A stretch of 64,000 bases of DNA from positions 69,393 to 133,392 of the forward strand of contig QCRN01000002.1 in NCBI GenBank assembly GCA_003211835.1, given 5' to 3'. Below the pieces are notes generated by a model. That model did no database searches. It was given only the letters and a program-made list of their open reading frames with translations, and was not told the origin of the DNA. Position numbers and translations under genes: made by a program. This DNA is from Pelagibacteraceae bacterium AG-461-B04. GTDB lineage: Bacteria > Pseudomonadota > Alphaproteobacteria > Pelagibacterales > AG-422-B15. This document shows, in pieces, positions 9,774-20,622 of this stretch (position 1 is its first letter; each line of letters starts with the position of its first letter).

Positions 9774-10793
9774 ATGTTAAGCGAAGAATTAAAATATCCC
9801 TCAAAATTTACTTCTGAAGTTCAAAATGCGACTTCTGAACTCTATAAAGGTGTAGAAAAAGTGATCCCAGCTGTTGAATGGCCATTTCATGCACCACTGA
9901 TTCATGAGATTAATAAACTTAAAAGAGAAAAAAATATTGCTATTCTTACCCACAACTATCAAACACCTGAAATATTTCATTGTGTTTCCGATATTGTAGG
10001 AGATTCATTAAAGCTTGCCTATGAAGCAAGAGATTCAAAAGCTGAAACAATAATCGTCTGTGGTGTCCATTTTATGGCTGAGACTGCAAAAATTTTAAGT
10101 CCAGACAAAAATGTTTTAATACCAGATATGAGAGCAGGATGTTCTCTTGCTGACTCAATTACGGCCAATGATATTAAATTATTAAAACAAAAATACCCTG
10201 GTGTTCCAGTGGTTACTTATGTCAATACATCTGCAGAAGTGAAAGCTGAAACAGATGTATGTTGTACATCGGGTAACGCAAAAAAGGTAGTAGAAGCATT
10301 AGGAACTGAGAGTGTAATATTTCTGCCTGATGAATTTTTAGCAAAAAATGTTGCTGCTGAAACAAAAGTAAAAATTATTTCATGGAAAGGACGATGTGAG
10401 GTGCATGAAAGATTCACTCCTCAAGAAATATTAGCCTATAAAGAACAGCATAAAGACATTGTTGTGCTCGCTCATCCTGAGTGCTCTCCAGAAGTAGTAG
10501 CAGTTAGTGATTTTGCAGGATCCACAGCTGGCATGAGCAATTATGTAAAAGACAATCAACCACAAAAAGTAATAATGGTCACTGAATGCTCTATGAGTGA
10601 TAATGTAGCCATTGATAATCCTGGTGTCGAGTTTGTAAGACCTTGTAATCTATGTCCACATATGAAAAGAATTTCTCTGAAAAAAATATACGATGCAATT
10701 CGTTTTAATCAATTTCAAATAGAAGTAGATAAAGATATTATTAACCGAGCTCGCTTATCAATAGATCGCATGTTGGAAATAGGAAGAAGCTAA
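9774..10793 (+). CDS. nadA: Quinolinate synthase NadA
   Basis: 339 aa. Motifs GCSLADS, VTYVNTSAEVKA, CCTSGNA, HPECSPEV and CPHMK. Confidence 0.9.
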   Translation: MLSEELKYPSKFTSEVQNATSELYKGVEKVIPAVEWPFHAPLIHEINKLKREKNIAILTHNYQTPEIFHCVSDIVGDSLKLAYEARDSKAETIIVCGVHFMAETAKILSPDKNVLIPDMRAGCSLADSITANDIKLLKQKYPGVPVVTYVNTSAEVKAETDVCCTSGNAKKVVEALGTESVIFLPDEFLAKNVAAETKVKIISWKGRCEVHERFTPQEILAYKEQHKDIVVLAHPECSPEVVAVSDFAGSTAGMSNYVKDNQPQKVIMVTECSMSDNVAIDNPGVEFVRPCNLCPHMKRISLKKIYDAIRFNQFQIEVDKDIINRARLSIDRMLEIGRS

Positions 10794-10795
10794 TT

Positions 10796-12409
10796 ATGGC
10801 TGACTCTATTTATAGACCAGATGTGGTTATTGTGGGTGGCGGTGTAGCTGGACTAACAGTAGCACTTAACCTAGCGCCACGAAAAGTCTGCATTATAACA
10901 AAAAGTACTTTAGGAATGAATACCTCTAGTATGTGGGCTCAAGGTGGCATTGCTGCAGCAGTGGGAATTAACGATAGTGTCGAAAGTCATGTTGAAGATA
11001 CTGTTTCAACTGCAAAAGGTCTAGCTGACAAGAGTGTCATTTTGAAAGTAGTCAGTGAAGCAGAAAATATTATAAATGATCTTGAGAACATCGGCGTAAA
11101 CTTTGATAAAAATATTGATGGATCTTTTGATTTAGGCCTAGAAGCTGCTCATAGTAGAAACCGAATAGTAAGATCAAAGGGTGATAGTTCTGGCATTGAA
11201 ATTATGGGAGGCTTAATAAAAAAAGTTATTGAGAGTGATCATATTACAGTTTTAGAAAACGTCTCAATTGATAGAATTATGTCAGAAAATAATACTATAC
11301 ATGGTGTTATTGGAAGATTGGTACAAGAAAATGTTCCAGATAATCATGTCGTTATTGAAAGTTCAAATGTCGTGCTTGCCACTGGGGGACTTGGAGGAAT
11401 ATTTGCAAATACAACTAACCCAAGAAGCTCTTATGGTGAGGGGATTGCTCTTGCTGCACAGGCAGGTGCAGTCTTGACTGATATGGAGTTTATTCAATTT
11501 CATCCAACAGGACTTGATTTTGGTTTGGACCCCACTCCACTTGCTACCGAAGCCATAAGAGGTGACGGCGCTTATCTAGTAAACCAAAATGAAGAAAGGT
11601 TCATGCTCGGAGTTCATCCAGAGAATGAGTTAGCGCCCAGAGACCTGGTTGCTCAAAACTTATTTAAGCAAACTGAGCAAGGTAACTCTGTCTTTCTTGA
11701 TTGTCGTAAAGTGAGTAGTGAATTTGAAACAAAATATCCACAAGTTGCATCATATTGTCGATCAGCAGGCCTTAATCCAAAAATAGATTTACTTCCAATA
11801 CTTCCAGTTGCACACTATCATATAGGAGGCGTAAAAACAGACTTGGATGGAAAAACTTCAGTGGAAGGGCTTTGGTGCTGCGGTGAAGTTGCAGCAACAG
11901 GCATACATGGCGCAAATCGTTTAGCTTCTAATTCACTACTCGAATCAATGGTATTTGGAAGAATTGTTGCAAAAAATATTAATAGCTTACCAATTAAAAA
12001 AATAAATAAAATTAATCCTGATTACATTAGAATGTATAAAGAAAAAACTAAGAATAAGATCAGAGCGAGGAAATATATTTGGCAACTTCGTTCTTCAATG
12101 ATGAGGAATGTTGGCATTGTAAGGAGTCATAACACAATTGTAAGAGGGCTTCATGATATTCTTAAGATTGAAAGAGAGTCGAAGGGTCTGTCTGCTAAAC
12201 TAAATGATATGATACTAGTAAGTAAGTTTATTGTTATTGGAGCTTATTTGAGGAAAGAAAGTAGAGGATGTCACTTAAGATCTGACTATCAAAATACGGA
12301 AGATAATTATGTTTTGCATTTTGATATGAAATACTCAGATTTAGATAGCAAAATAAACGAGATCTTAAATTTGGCGGATTACAATAATCATAAACAAATT
12401 GTTAACTAA
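10796..12409 (+). CDS. nadB: L-aspartate oxidase NadB
   Basis: 537 aa. Motifs DVVIVGGGVAGLTVAL, HYHIGGV and NRLASNSLLE. Confidence 0.9.
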   Translation: MADSIYRPDVVIVGGGVAGLTVALNLAPRKVCIITKSTLGMNTSSMWAQGGIAAAVGINDSVESHVEDTVSTAKGLADKSVILKVVSEAENIINDLENIGVNFDKNIDGSFDLGLEAAHSRNRIVRSKGDSSGIEIMGGLIKKVIESDHITVLENVSIDRIMSENNTIHGVIGRLVQENVPDNHVVIESSNVVLATGGLGGIFANTTNPRSSYGEGIALAAQAGAVLTDMEFIQFHPTGLDFGLDPTPLATEAIRGDGAYLVNQNEERFMLGVHPENELAPRDLVAQNLFKQTEQGNSVFLDCRKVSSEFETKYPQVASYCRSAGLNPKIDLLPILPVAHYHIGGVKTDLDGKTSVEGLWCCGEVAATGIHGANRLASNSLLESMVFGRIVAKNINSLPIKKINKINPDYIRMYKEKTKNKIRARKYIWQLRSSMMRNVGIVRSHNTIVRGLHDILKIERESKGLSAKLNDMILVSKFIVIGAYLRKESRGCHLRSDYQNTEDNYVLHFDMKYSDLDSKINEILNLADYNNHKQIVN

Positions 12410-13229
12410 AAAATATATAAATCAGCTAATAAACTCTGCTCTCTTTGAAGATATGGGAAAAGACGGTGATATAACATCAAAAGTATTAATTCCTAAATCC
12501 TCTCATTCAAAGGCAACTATTGTTGTCAAAGAAAAAGCTGTTATATGTGGCACCAAATTTGCCAAGCAAACTTTTGAAAAATTAGATAAGTCAGTAAAAA
12601 TTAGAATTCTGAAAAAAGATGGTGAACTGGCAAACAAGGGAGACAAAATAATTACAATTTCAGGAAAGACACAAAACATGTTAACCGCAGAAAGAACTGC
12701 ACTTAATTTTTTAGGCTTAATGTCTGGCATCGCTACCAAAGCAAAAAAATTTTCAAATATGGCTAAGCCATATGGCTCAAAAATCTATTCTACCCGTAAA
12801 ACTATTCCTGGCATTCGTAAACTGGAAAAATATGCACTAACAATTGGAGGAGCCTATATTAATAGAGAGACACTTGATGACTTCTTTTTCATTAAAGACA
12901 ATCATTTGAGTACAAATTCTAATATTAAAGAGTGTATAGATAAACTTAAGCAAATGAGCCCAAATAAAAAAATTACAGTTGAGGTAGAAAATCTCAATCA
13001 ACTTAGAGAAATAATTGACGAAAAAGTTGATATAGTTTTATTAGACAATATGACTCCTGCCCAGGTAAAGAGTTGTCTAAAAATAGTTGATGGTAAATTT
13101 GAATGTGAGGCATCGGGAAAAATAAATCTAAAAAATTTTTTGTCTTATGCAAAGACAAAAGTGAACCGCATCTCTATAGGCCAACTAACTCATAGCGTTA
13201 GTAATATCGATTTTGGATTAGATATCTAA
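12399..13229 (+). CDS. nadC: Nicotinate-nucleotide pyrophosphorylase (carboxylating) NadC
   Basis: 276 aa. Motifs AERTALNFL, TRKTIPGIRKLEKYA and LLDNM. Overlaps the end of nadB, giving a nadA-nadB-nadC operon. Confidence 0.85.
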   Translation: MLTKKYINQLINSALFEDMGKDGDITSKVLIPKSSHSKATIVVKEKAVICGTKFAKQTFEKLDKSVKIRILKKDGELANKGDKIITISGKTQNMLTAERTALNFLGLMSGIATKAKKFSNMAKPYGSKIYSTRKTIPGIRKLEKYALTIGGAYINRETLDDFFFIKDNHLSTNSNIKECIDKLKQMSPNKKITVEVENLNQLREIIDEKVDIVLLDNMTPAQVKSCLKIVDGKFECEASGKINLKNFLSYAKTKVNRISIGQLTHSVSNIDFGLDI

Positions 13230-13688
13230 ATGTATAGCAGGCCTATCATTCCTAATGAATTTAGTCCTCCAATTGAATACATAACTGAAAAATTTATTTT
13301 ACGTCCACTAACAATAGACTATGTCAATGAAGATTATGAAGTAGTAATGAGTAGCGTAAACCATCTTTATCAACTAATGGATAATAGTGAATGGCCAAAA
13401 GATCTAACTTTAGAGGAAAATTTAGTTGACGTCGGCTGGCATCAGAGAGAATTCACCTTGGGTCATTCTTTTGCATATACTGTTTTATCCCCAAAAAATA
13501 ATGAAATTATTGGCTGCTGTTATATTTATCCATCAGCGAATCCTCAGTATGAAGTTCAAGTATTTTACTGGATTAAAGAAAATCTTTTGAGATATGGACT
13601 TGAGCCTGAATTAGGCATTGCAATTAAAAGTTGGCTAGATGAATCTTGGCCTTTCAAAAGATTTGATTTTCCAGGCAGAAATATTTAA
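13230..13688 (+). CDS. Hypothetical protein, GNAT-acetyltransferase-like
   Basis: 152 aa. Begins 1 nt after the nadC stop. The assignment rests only on a weak RimJ/RimL-like pattern (FILRPLTIDY, IGCCYIY). Confidence 0.4.
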   Translation: MYSRPIIPNEFSPPIEYITEKFILRPLTIDYVNEDYEVVMSSVNHLYQLMDNSEWPKDLTLEENLVDVGWHQREFTLGHSFAYTVLSPKNNEIIGCCYIYPSANPQYEVQVFYWIKENLLRYGLEPELGIAIKSWLDESWPFKRFDFPGRNI

Positions 13689-15047
13689 TTATTCAAAAAT
13701 TTTTTGATACTTAGCTGTAAGTTCTTTTATTGAGACTCTTTTTTGTTGCATAGTATCGCGGTCTCTTACTGTTACAGTTTCGTCTTCCAAGGTTTCAAAA
13801 TCAACAGTTATACACATTGGAGTACCAATTTCATCATGTCTTCGATAGCTCTTGCCTATATTACCTGAATTTTCTAAAATTACTCGGCCCAATCCAAGTA
13901 TTTGTAAATCTTTTTTTATATTTCTCGCCTTATTAACGAGCTCTTCATTGTTTCTTTTAAGGGGAATAACAGCGGCCTTGATAGGAGATAAATGGGGTTT
14001 AAGTGCTAATACAATGCGCGTATTTTTATTTTCCAACTTTTCTTCACGGTAAGCTTCATTTAAAAGTGCTAAGACTCCCCTATCAACCCCTGCTGATGGC
14101 TCAATTACGTAAGGTATAAACCAATCTTTACTTTCAGAATTTTGAACAGCTAGTTTTGTAGTTGAATCTTTATTTTCCATAACTTCTGCAGAAATTTTAA
14201 AGTCTCTCTGATTTTTTGTATGTGAACCTAAATCAAAATCTGTTCTATTGGCTATTCCCTCTAATTCTTCCAACCCATGAGGGAATTCATACATCAAATC
14301 AACTGTTGCTTTTGAGTAATGAGATAAATCACTATTTTCAACATTTAATTTTTTTAGATTATTAGGATCAATTCCTTGATGAACCCACCAATCGTACCTT
14401 TGAGCAACCCAGTAGTCATGCCACGTTTCATCTTTTCCAGGTTCAACAAAAAATTCAAGCTCCATTTGCTCAAACTCTCGAACTCGAAAAATAAATTTCC
14501 CTGGGGTCACTTCGTTTCTGAATGCTTTACCTATCTGCGCAATACCAAAAGGTACTGCTTTATTCGTGGAATCTAAAATATTTTTGAAATTAGTGAATAT
14601 TTGTTGCGCAGTCTCAGGACGTAAGTATGCATAGTTGCTACCATCATCAACCGGTCCAACCGCAGTTTTAAACATTAAATTGAAAGGCCTTGGATCAGTT
14701 AAATCTATTGAACCACACTGAGGACATTTATTGTCATCATGTTGGTCAGCTCTAAATCTATAATTACAACTTTTACAATCAACTAATGGATCAGAAAATG
14801 TGTCTTCGTGTCCAGAATGTTTAAGAACTTGCTTTCCCGTTAGAATAGATGCATCCAATCCCTCGATATCATCCCTTTCATAAATCATAGATTTCCACCA
14901 GGACAATTTAAGGTTATTTTTTAATTCGACACCAAGTGGTCCGTAATCGTATACTCCCTGCAAACCTCCGTAAATTTCATTTGATTGAAATATAAACCCT
15001 CGCCTTTTGCATAAAGAAACAAGGTCTTCCATATTTTTAGAGACCAT
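13689..15047 (-). CDS. glyQS: Glycine--tRNA ligase, single-chain alpha2 (GlyQS) type
   Basis: 452 aa. Class II motifs [18 protein letters not shown] and [11 protein letters not shown]; Cys4 insertion [11 protein letters not shown]...CPQCGS; EPSAGVDRG. Confidence 0.9.
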   Translation of the reverse strand: MVSKNMEDLVSLCKRRGFIFQSNEIYGGLQGVYDYGPLGVELKNNLKLSWWKSMIYERDDIEGLDASILTGKQVLKHSGHEDTFSDPLVDCKSCNYRFRADQHDDNKCPQCGSIDLTDPRPFNLMFKTAVGPVDDGSNYAYLRPETAQQIFTNFKNILDSTNKAVPFGIAQIGKAFRNEVTPGKFIFRVREFEQMELEFFVEPGKDETWHDYWVAQRYDWWVHQGIDPNNLKKLNVENSDLSHYSKATVDLMYEFPHGLEELEGIANRTDFDLGSHTKNQRDFKISAEVMENKDSTTKLAVQNSESKDWFIPYVIEPSAGVDRGVLALLNEAYREEKLENKNTRIVLALKPHLSPIKAAVIPLKRNNEELVNKARNIKKDLQILGLGRVILENSGNIGKSYRRHDEIGTPMCITVDFETLEDETVTVRDRDTMQQKRVSIKELTAKYQKIFE

Positions 15048-15843
15048 AACGGCTCCAAAAAGAGTTTTCCTTAATTGATTGAATTAACTGATCAATTAGA
15101 TCATTGGAAACAGATCTGCTACTAAGTAAATTTTTTATAAATGATTTTTTTTCTTCAATATGTCTGATTTTAATATTCTTTCCATAGTGCTTTTCAAGAT
15201 AGATATTCAGATTTTCATTAGAGTCCACTAGTCCAATATTTTTTCCTTGTTCTCCTGTCCAGAATTCACCATTGAAAACCTGAGCGGGCTTTATCTTCTT
15301 TTTTCTACTCTTTAAGACTAAGTCTTTGAAATTTTCAAAAATACTATCTTGAACCTTTATTAATTTTGATACATCTTTTTTTGATACTTCCTCAAAAGGA
15401 TCTAAAAATGATTTACGATCTCCTTTAGTAAAAACTCTTCGTTTAATACCAACTTTATCAATAAGTTTTTTAAATCCAAAAGATGCACTAATAACTCCTA
15501 TTGACCCAACAATAGAACTTTTATTTGCAAGGAGAATATCACCTGCGCACATAAGCATATAGCCTCCTGAGGCGGCGACATCTTCAGCAATGGTGATCAC
15601 TTTTACTTTATTTTTGTTTGAAAGAGTTTTTATTCTTTCATAAATCAACTCCGATTGAACTGGAGAACCTCCAGGAGAATTGATTTTGATAACAACAACC
15701 TTTGGTTTTTTGTAAGTAAAAGTTTTATCAAGTATGTTTGAACAATTTTCAAGGGTTAGACCTTTTTGGAACCTGCCAAGGTCACCAATTACTCCTCTTA
15801 AGCCAACAATATTAATGCGAGTTTTAGTTGAAAAGATGCTCAT
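15037..15843 (-). CDS. sppA: Signal peptide peptidase SppA, 36K type (peptidase S49)
   Basis: 268 aa. Motifs INSPGGS and [14 protein letters not shown]. Confidence 0.8.
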   Translation of the reverse strand: MSIFSTKTRINIVGLRGVIGDLGRFQKGLTLENCSNILDKTFTYKKPKVVVIKINSPGGSPVQSELIYERIKTLSNKNKVKVITIAEDVAASGGYMLMCAGDILLANKSSIVGSIGVISASFGFKKLIDKVGIKRRVFTKGDRKSFLDPFEEVSKKDVSKLIKVQDSIFENFKDLVLKSRKKKIKPAQVFNGEFWTGEQGKNIGLVDSNENLNIYLEKHYGKNIKIRHIEEKKSFIKNLLSSRSVSNDLIDQLIQSIKENSFWSRYGL

Positions 15844-15936
15844 ATTTGAAATTATTTTCCAGAAATCTATAACTTTTAATATTACGAGACTATATTATAA
15901 CTAGACCAAAATATAAAACAAAAACATTAGTTTTAA

Positions 15937-16917
15937 ATGAGTCATACTGTTCATACCCTTTCAAAAACCTTAAAGTCCTCTTTAAAAAGAGTTAATAGTG
16001 AAATCAAAGAAAATATTAAAGATGAGGAAAGACTCATAACTGCAACTGCAGGACACTTGTTCAATTCGGATGGAAAGAAAATTCGACCACTACTAACACT
16101 TCTTATTTCCAAAATGCTTAAATATAGAGGTAGCGCTGACGTGACACTAGCGGTATGTATTGAGTTTATTCATAACGCAACTTTAATGCACGATGACGTT
16201 ATAGACACTGGAAAAATTCGAAGAGGAAAAAAAAGTGCTAACGAAATTTGGGGCAATAAGGTTAGTGTCCTTGTAGGCGACTATCTTCTAAGTAAAGCAT
16301 TTAAACTCATGGTCAAGAATAAGTCTCTAAAGCTCTTAGAAATTTTATCACAAACCTCACTTGTACTAGCAAGAGGTCAAATACAAGACGTTGGCAATAT
16401 CCAAAATATAAAACTGAGTGAGAAAAAATACCTATCAATTATTAATGCTAAAACTGCAGAGCTGTTTAGAGTGTCTTGTTTTCTTCCAACCATAATTACA
16501 CATCAAAATAAAAAAATTCAAAAAATATTTAATGACTTTGGATATTATTTTGGAATGTCGTTCCAGTTATCAGATGATATTTTAGACTATTTTGGACACT
16601 CAAATAAAATGGGCAAATCAATTGGGAAGGATTTTTATGAAGGAAAAGTTACATATCCTGTGATCCGATGCTTTAGGGACTCTGATCAGAAATCAAAAGT
16701 AATTATTGCAAAACTATTCCTTAAGAAAAAAAGAAATAAGAAAGATCTTGCCGTTTTGTTAAAATTAATGAAAAAAACTGGTGCATATCAAAAGTCGATT
16801 GATTTTCTGCTTAAATATAATGAAAAAGCAAAGTCGAGTATTAATAAATTTGAAGATAATAGATATAAGGTGTATCTTACAAGTTTAGTAGATAACTTGG
16901 CAATAAGAGAAAAGTAA
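15937..16917 (+). CDS. ispB: Polyprenyl (octaprenyl) diphosphate synthase
   Basis: 326 aa. Two Asp-rich motifs, LMHDDVID and QLSDDILD. Confidence 0.8.
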   Translation: MSHTVHTLSKTLKSSLKRVNSEIKENIKDEERLITATAGHLFNSDGKKIRPLLTLLISKMLKYRGSADVTLAVCIEFIHNATLMHDDVIDTGKIRRGKKSANEIWGNKVSVLVGDYLLSKAFKLMVKNKSLKLLEILSQTSLVLARGQIQDVGNIQNIKLSEKKYLSIINAKTAELFRVSCFLPTIITHQNKKIQKIFNDFGYYFGMSFQLSDDILDYFGHSNKMGKSIGKDFYEGKVTYPVIRCFRDSDQKSKVIIAKLFLKKKRNKKDLAVLLKLMKKTGAYQKSIDFLLKYNEKAKSSINKFEDNRYKVYLTSLVDNLAIREK

Positions 16918-16920
16918 ACC

Positions 16921-18003
16921 ATGTCACATAATACATTTGGTAAATTGTTTCGTTTTACCACATGGGGGGAATCCCATGGTCCAGCTATAGGCTGTGTTGT
17001 AGACGGATGCCCTCCAATGATTCCTCTCAATGAGAAAGATATCCAAAAATATTTAGACATGAGAAAACCTGGAACTTCTCGTTTTGTAACTCAGAGAAAA
17101 GAAGATGATAAGATTTCTATTCTCTCTGGAGTTTTTGCGGGTAAAACAACTGGTACACCGATTCTACTCCTAATCTGGAACAAGGATCAAAAATCCAAAG
17201 ATTATACTGAAATAAGGAATAAATTTAGACCTGGCCATGGAGACATTACTTACTTTCTTAAATACGGAATAAGAGACTACCGCGGAGGCGGTCGCTCATC
17301 AGCTCGAGAGACAGCTAGTCGTGTTGCAGCAGGAGCGATAGCCAGAAAAGTTATCAGTCATCTTTCAAAGAAAAAGATATTAATACAAGGGGCAGTAACA
17401 CAAATTGGGAAGATGAGCATAAACCCTAGACATTTTAAATGGAATGAAGTTCGTAAAAATAGTTTCTTTTGTCCTGACAAAAAGATCATATCAACATGGG
17501 AAGATTATCTAGATGTAACACGTAAAAATGGAACTTCTTTAGGTGCAAGAATACTCATAAATGTAAAGAATGTTCCTTCAGGACTTGGTGAACCTATATA
17601 CGGCAAATTAGATGCTGAATTAGCATCTGCAATGATGAGCATTAACGCGATTAAAGGAGTTGAGATTGGGTTAGGAAATGAGTCTGTTGAAATCACTGGT
17701 GATGAAAATTCAGATGAGATACGAGCTAACGGTAAGAAAATTTCCTTTTCATCAAATAATTCTGGTGGCATTTTAGGAGGTATTTCAAGCGGTCAAGATA
17801 TCAATATAAATATTGCGGTGAAACCAACATCTTCAATCTTAAAAACAAAAAAAACGATTAATAATAGATTAAAGAATACAACCATATCCACAAAAGGAAG
17901 GCACGATCCATGTGTGGGTTTAAGGGCAGTTCCTATTGCTGAAGCAATGACAGCATGTGTTTTAGCTGACCATATCATGCGCAACAAAGCTCAGTGTGGC
18001 TAA
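16921..18003 (+). CDS. aroC: Chorismate synthase
   Basis: 360 aa. Motifs [33 protein letters not shown] and RHDPCV. Confidence 0.92.
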   Translation: MSHNTFGKLFRFTTWGESHGPAIGCVVDGCPPMIPLNEKDIQKYLDMRKPGTSRFVTQRKEDDKISILSGVFAGKTTGTPILLLIWNKDQKSKDYTEIRNKFRPGHGDITYFLKYGIRDYRGGGRSSARETASRVAAGAIARKVISHLSKKKILIQGAVTQIGKMSINPRHFKWNEVRKNSFFCPDKKIISTWEDYLDVTRKNGTSLGARILINVKNVPSGLGEPIYGKLDAELASAMMSINAIKGVEIGLGNESVEITGDENSDEIRANGKKISFSSNNSGGILGGISSGQDININIAVKPTSSILKTKKTINNRLKNTTISTKGRHDPCVGLRAVPIAEAMTACVLADHIMRNKAQCG

Positions 18004-18818
18004 ACTTTAAGGTCTAATAAATATTCAATAAGTAAATAAGTTTTCTTATTTTTAAGATTTATTTTTTTGAAAATTGAAAAAATTTTTTGAGCAAGTTTTA
18101 ATTTGTAATTCTCAAGAAACTTTTTATTTTTTGCTAACATACGCGGAAAGTCTTCAAAATCATCATTTATTTGAAAAATTTCACCAATATACATTCCTAT
18201 ATCAGAAAGAGATTTTTCAATTTTTTTACTTTTTCCGGCACATATTGCTACTGCTTGACAACAAAATGACATTAACATTCCTGTTTTGAGTTGATTTAGC
18301 TCAATCCTTTCTTCTAATTTTGTATTTGAAGAGCTTAAATCAATATATTGTCCTAATAACAAACCTTTTTCCCCTGAAAATTCACTCAAAAGCTGTATCA
18401 ATTTTATTTTTTTACCTTCACTTAAATTAAATTTCTTACTAGCTATAGTTAAATAAGATTTTGTCAGAAGCCCACAACCAGCAAGAACCGCTGTAAATTC
18501 ATTATACTTGTAATGAGTTGTTTTCTTCCCCCTCCTATATTTATCATTGTCCATAGATGGCAAATCATCATGCACTAATGAATAGTTATGCATCATTTCA
18601 ATAGCAGAACCTAAATTAAAAATTATATTTTTTGACAATTGAAATTCTTTACCAAATACATAAACCAAATATGGTCTAAATCTTTTACCACCAGAATTTA
18701 TCGAATACTTTATTGATTGATTTAAGGTATTGTTATCTAGAATAAATTTTTTTTTAAGAAATGGATTAAATTCTTTACTAAAACTTCTCAAATCTTTTTT
18801 AATTGTCTGATGCCTCAT
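18000..18818 (-). CDS. ispA: Farnesyl/geranylgeranyl diphosphate synthase
   Basis: 272 aa. Motifs [17 protein letters not shown] and FQINDDFED. Lies downstream of xseB, as in the common xseB-ispA arrangement. Confidence 0.8.
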   Translation of the reverse strand: MRHQTIKKDLRSFSKEFNPFLKKKFILDNNTLNQSIKYSINSGGKRFRPYLVYVFGKEFQLSKNIIFNLGSAIEMMHNYSLVHDDLPSMDNDKYRRGKKTTHYKYNEFTAVLAGCGLLTKSYLTIASKKFNLSEGKKIKLIQLLSEFSGEKGLLLGQYIDLSSSNTKLEERIELNQLKTGMLMSFCCQAVAICAGKSKKIEKSLSDIGMYIGEIFQINDDFEDFPRMLAKNKKFLENYKLKLAQKIFSIFKKINLKNKKTYLLIEYLLDLKV

Positions 18819-19052
18819 TCACTTTTTTTTTGAGATTTTTCCATCAGACAATACTTTAATTTCGTCGAGCTTAAGGACCGCCTCATCTAATTTACTCTGA
18901 CAATGAGATCTAAGATGCGACCCTCTAGTATAATACTCAATAGACTTTTCTAAATCTATATTCCCACTTTCAAGATTCTCTACAATTTCAGATAGTTCTT
19001 CCATTGCTTTTTCAAAAGATAGTTTATTTATTTCCTCAGGAATTTTACTCAT
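18819..19052 (-). CDS. xseB: Exodeoxyribonuclease VII small subunit
   Basis: 77 aa. Motif FEKAMEELSEIVENLESGNIDLEKSIEYYTRG. Confidence 0.8.
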   Translation of the reverse strand: MSKIPEEINKLSFEKAMEELSEIVENLESGNIDLEKSIEYYTRGSHLRSHCQSKLDEAVLKLDEIKVLSDGKISKKK

Positions 19053-19990
19053 TTTTGGAGCTCACTTAGATGCGTAATCATTGAATTTTCTAGCGCTTTT
19101 ATATCATAACCACCTTCAAGCATCGATATTATTTTTCCTCCGCAATATTTATTTGCAATTTCTATTAACTTTCTTGTAATAAGCCTAAAATCATTTTCTA
19201 CAAGATCCAGCGAGGCGAGAGGATCTTTTGTATGCGCGTCAAACCCTGCAGAAATTAGAAGGAAATCTGGCCTTTGCTCCTCTAATTTTTTTACAATTCT
19301 TTCATCAAATATCTGCTGATATTTAACTGAATTTGTTCCTGATGTGAGTGGAACATTAACAATATTACCTACTCCGATTTCATTTACATCACCTGTACCA
19401 GGATATAAGGGATACTGGTGCGTTGAGTAATAGGTAACTTTTGAATTATTATAGAATATATCTTGAGTACCATTACCATGATGAACATCAAAATCAATAA
19501 TGGCTATATTTTTAAACTTATACTTGTTGATTAAATAATGTGCGGCAATTGCAACATTGTTAAATACACAAAAACCCATTGATCGATCATAACATGCATG
19601 GTGACCAGGTGGCCTAACAATACAAAAAGCATTATGAATGTTATTACTCATTATAGCATCTACCGCATCTATTCCCGCTCCGGCAGCTCTTAAGGTTGCA
19701 TCCAGAGAACCTTTTGAAACTGGAGTTTCTTGATCTAAGAAAACTATTTGATCATCAGATGGAAATCTTGCAAGAGTTTCCCTAACAAATTTCTCTTCAT
19801 GGGCAGCAGAAATAAGTGATTGCTCTATTTTATTAGGTTGTTTAATTATTATATTTTTAAACTCTTCTTTATTTATTAGTTCAATGATATTTTGGACACG
19901 ATCGGAACACTCTGGATAATCCAAGGATTGAACGTGACCTTTAAAACAGTCGTCAAAATATACAAAAGTTTGTGTCATAGATGAATTCAA
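19049..19990 (-). CDS. Histone deacetylase-family amidohydrolase (acetoin utilization / acetylpolyamine deacetylase-like)
   Basis: Motifs RPPGHHA, DFDVHHGNGTQDIF and EGGY. The track start at 19990 is a TTG; the ATG at 19978 (MTQTF...) is the more likely start. Confidence 0.8.
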   Translation of the reverse strand: MNSSMTQTFVYFDDCFKGHVQSLDYPECSDRVQNIIELINKEEFKNIIIKQPNKIEQSLISAAHEEKFVRETLARFPSDDQIVFLDQETPVSKGSLDATLRAAGAGIDAVDAIMSNNIHNAFCIVRPPGHHACYDRSMGFCVFNNVAIAAHYLINKYKFKNIAIIDFDVHHGNGTQDIFYNNSKVTYYSTHQYPLYPGTGDVNEIGVGNIVNVPLTSGTNSVKYQQIFDERIVKKLEEQRPDFLLISAGFDAHTKDPLASLDLVENDFRLITRKLIEIANKYCGGKIISMLEGGYDIKALENSMITHLSELQK

Positions 19991-20619
19991 AAAAAGTAAT
20001 TAAAGCCAATATAAACTCTATTAAATTAGCTGCTAGAAGTCTACTGAATGGTAAAACAATAATTATACCAACAGATACCGTTTATGGTATTGCAGCAGAT
20101 GCAACTAACGAGAAAGGGGTTGAAAATATTTTTAAAATTAAGAAAAGACCAAGATCCTATCCACTTATTTTATTTGTAAAGTCCATAAAAGAAGCAAAAA
20201 AATACGCATATTTCAATGATATTGAGGAGTTCTTAGCAACACATTACTGGCCTGGACCCCTTACGCTTATACTTAGAAAAAAAAATAGAAATATCTATAA
20301 CGGTGATAAAAGACTTTCAAAAATAGGAATTCGCATTCCAAAAAATAAAGATGTTATGAACTTACTTAAGGTCGTTAATAAGCCGCTCGCAACTACCAGT
20401 GCAAATATACATCAAGAAAAAAATAGTAATAATATCAATGATCTTAGCCTACTTCATAATGATGATGTTACGCACGCGATAAGTAGTCACTACAGAATGA
20501 GCTTTGCAGAATCAACTTTGGTTGAAGTGAATAAAAACAAAATAAGCCTTTTAAGAAAAGGTTCTATTTCAAAAAAATCAATTGAAAATATTTTACAAAA
20601 AAATTTGTTGCTTGATTAA
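19981..20619 (+). CDS. tsaC: L-threonylcarbamoyladenylate synthase (YrdC/Sua5 family)
   Basis: 212 aa. YrdC-domain motifs IIIPTDTVYGIAADA, LTLIL and TSANIH. Confidence 0.8.
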   Translation: MNSKKVIKANINSIKLAARSLLNGKTIIIPTDTVYGIAADATNEKGVENIFKIKKRPRSYPLILFVKSIKEAKKYAYFNDIEEFLATHYWPGPLTLILRKKNRNIYNGDKRLSKIGIRIPKNKDVMNLLKVVNKPLATTSANIHQEKNSNNINDLSLLHNDDVTHAISSHYRMSFAESTLVEVNKNKISLLRKGSISKKSIENILQKNLLLD

Positions 20620-20622
20620 GAT

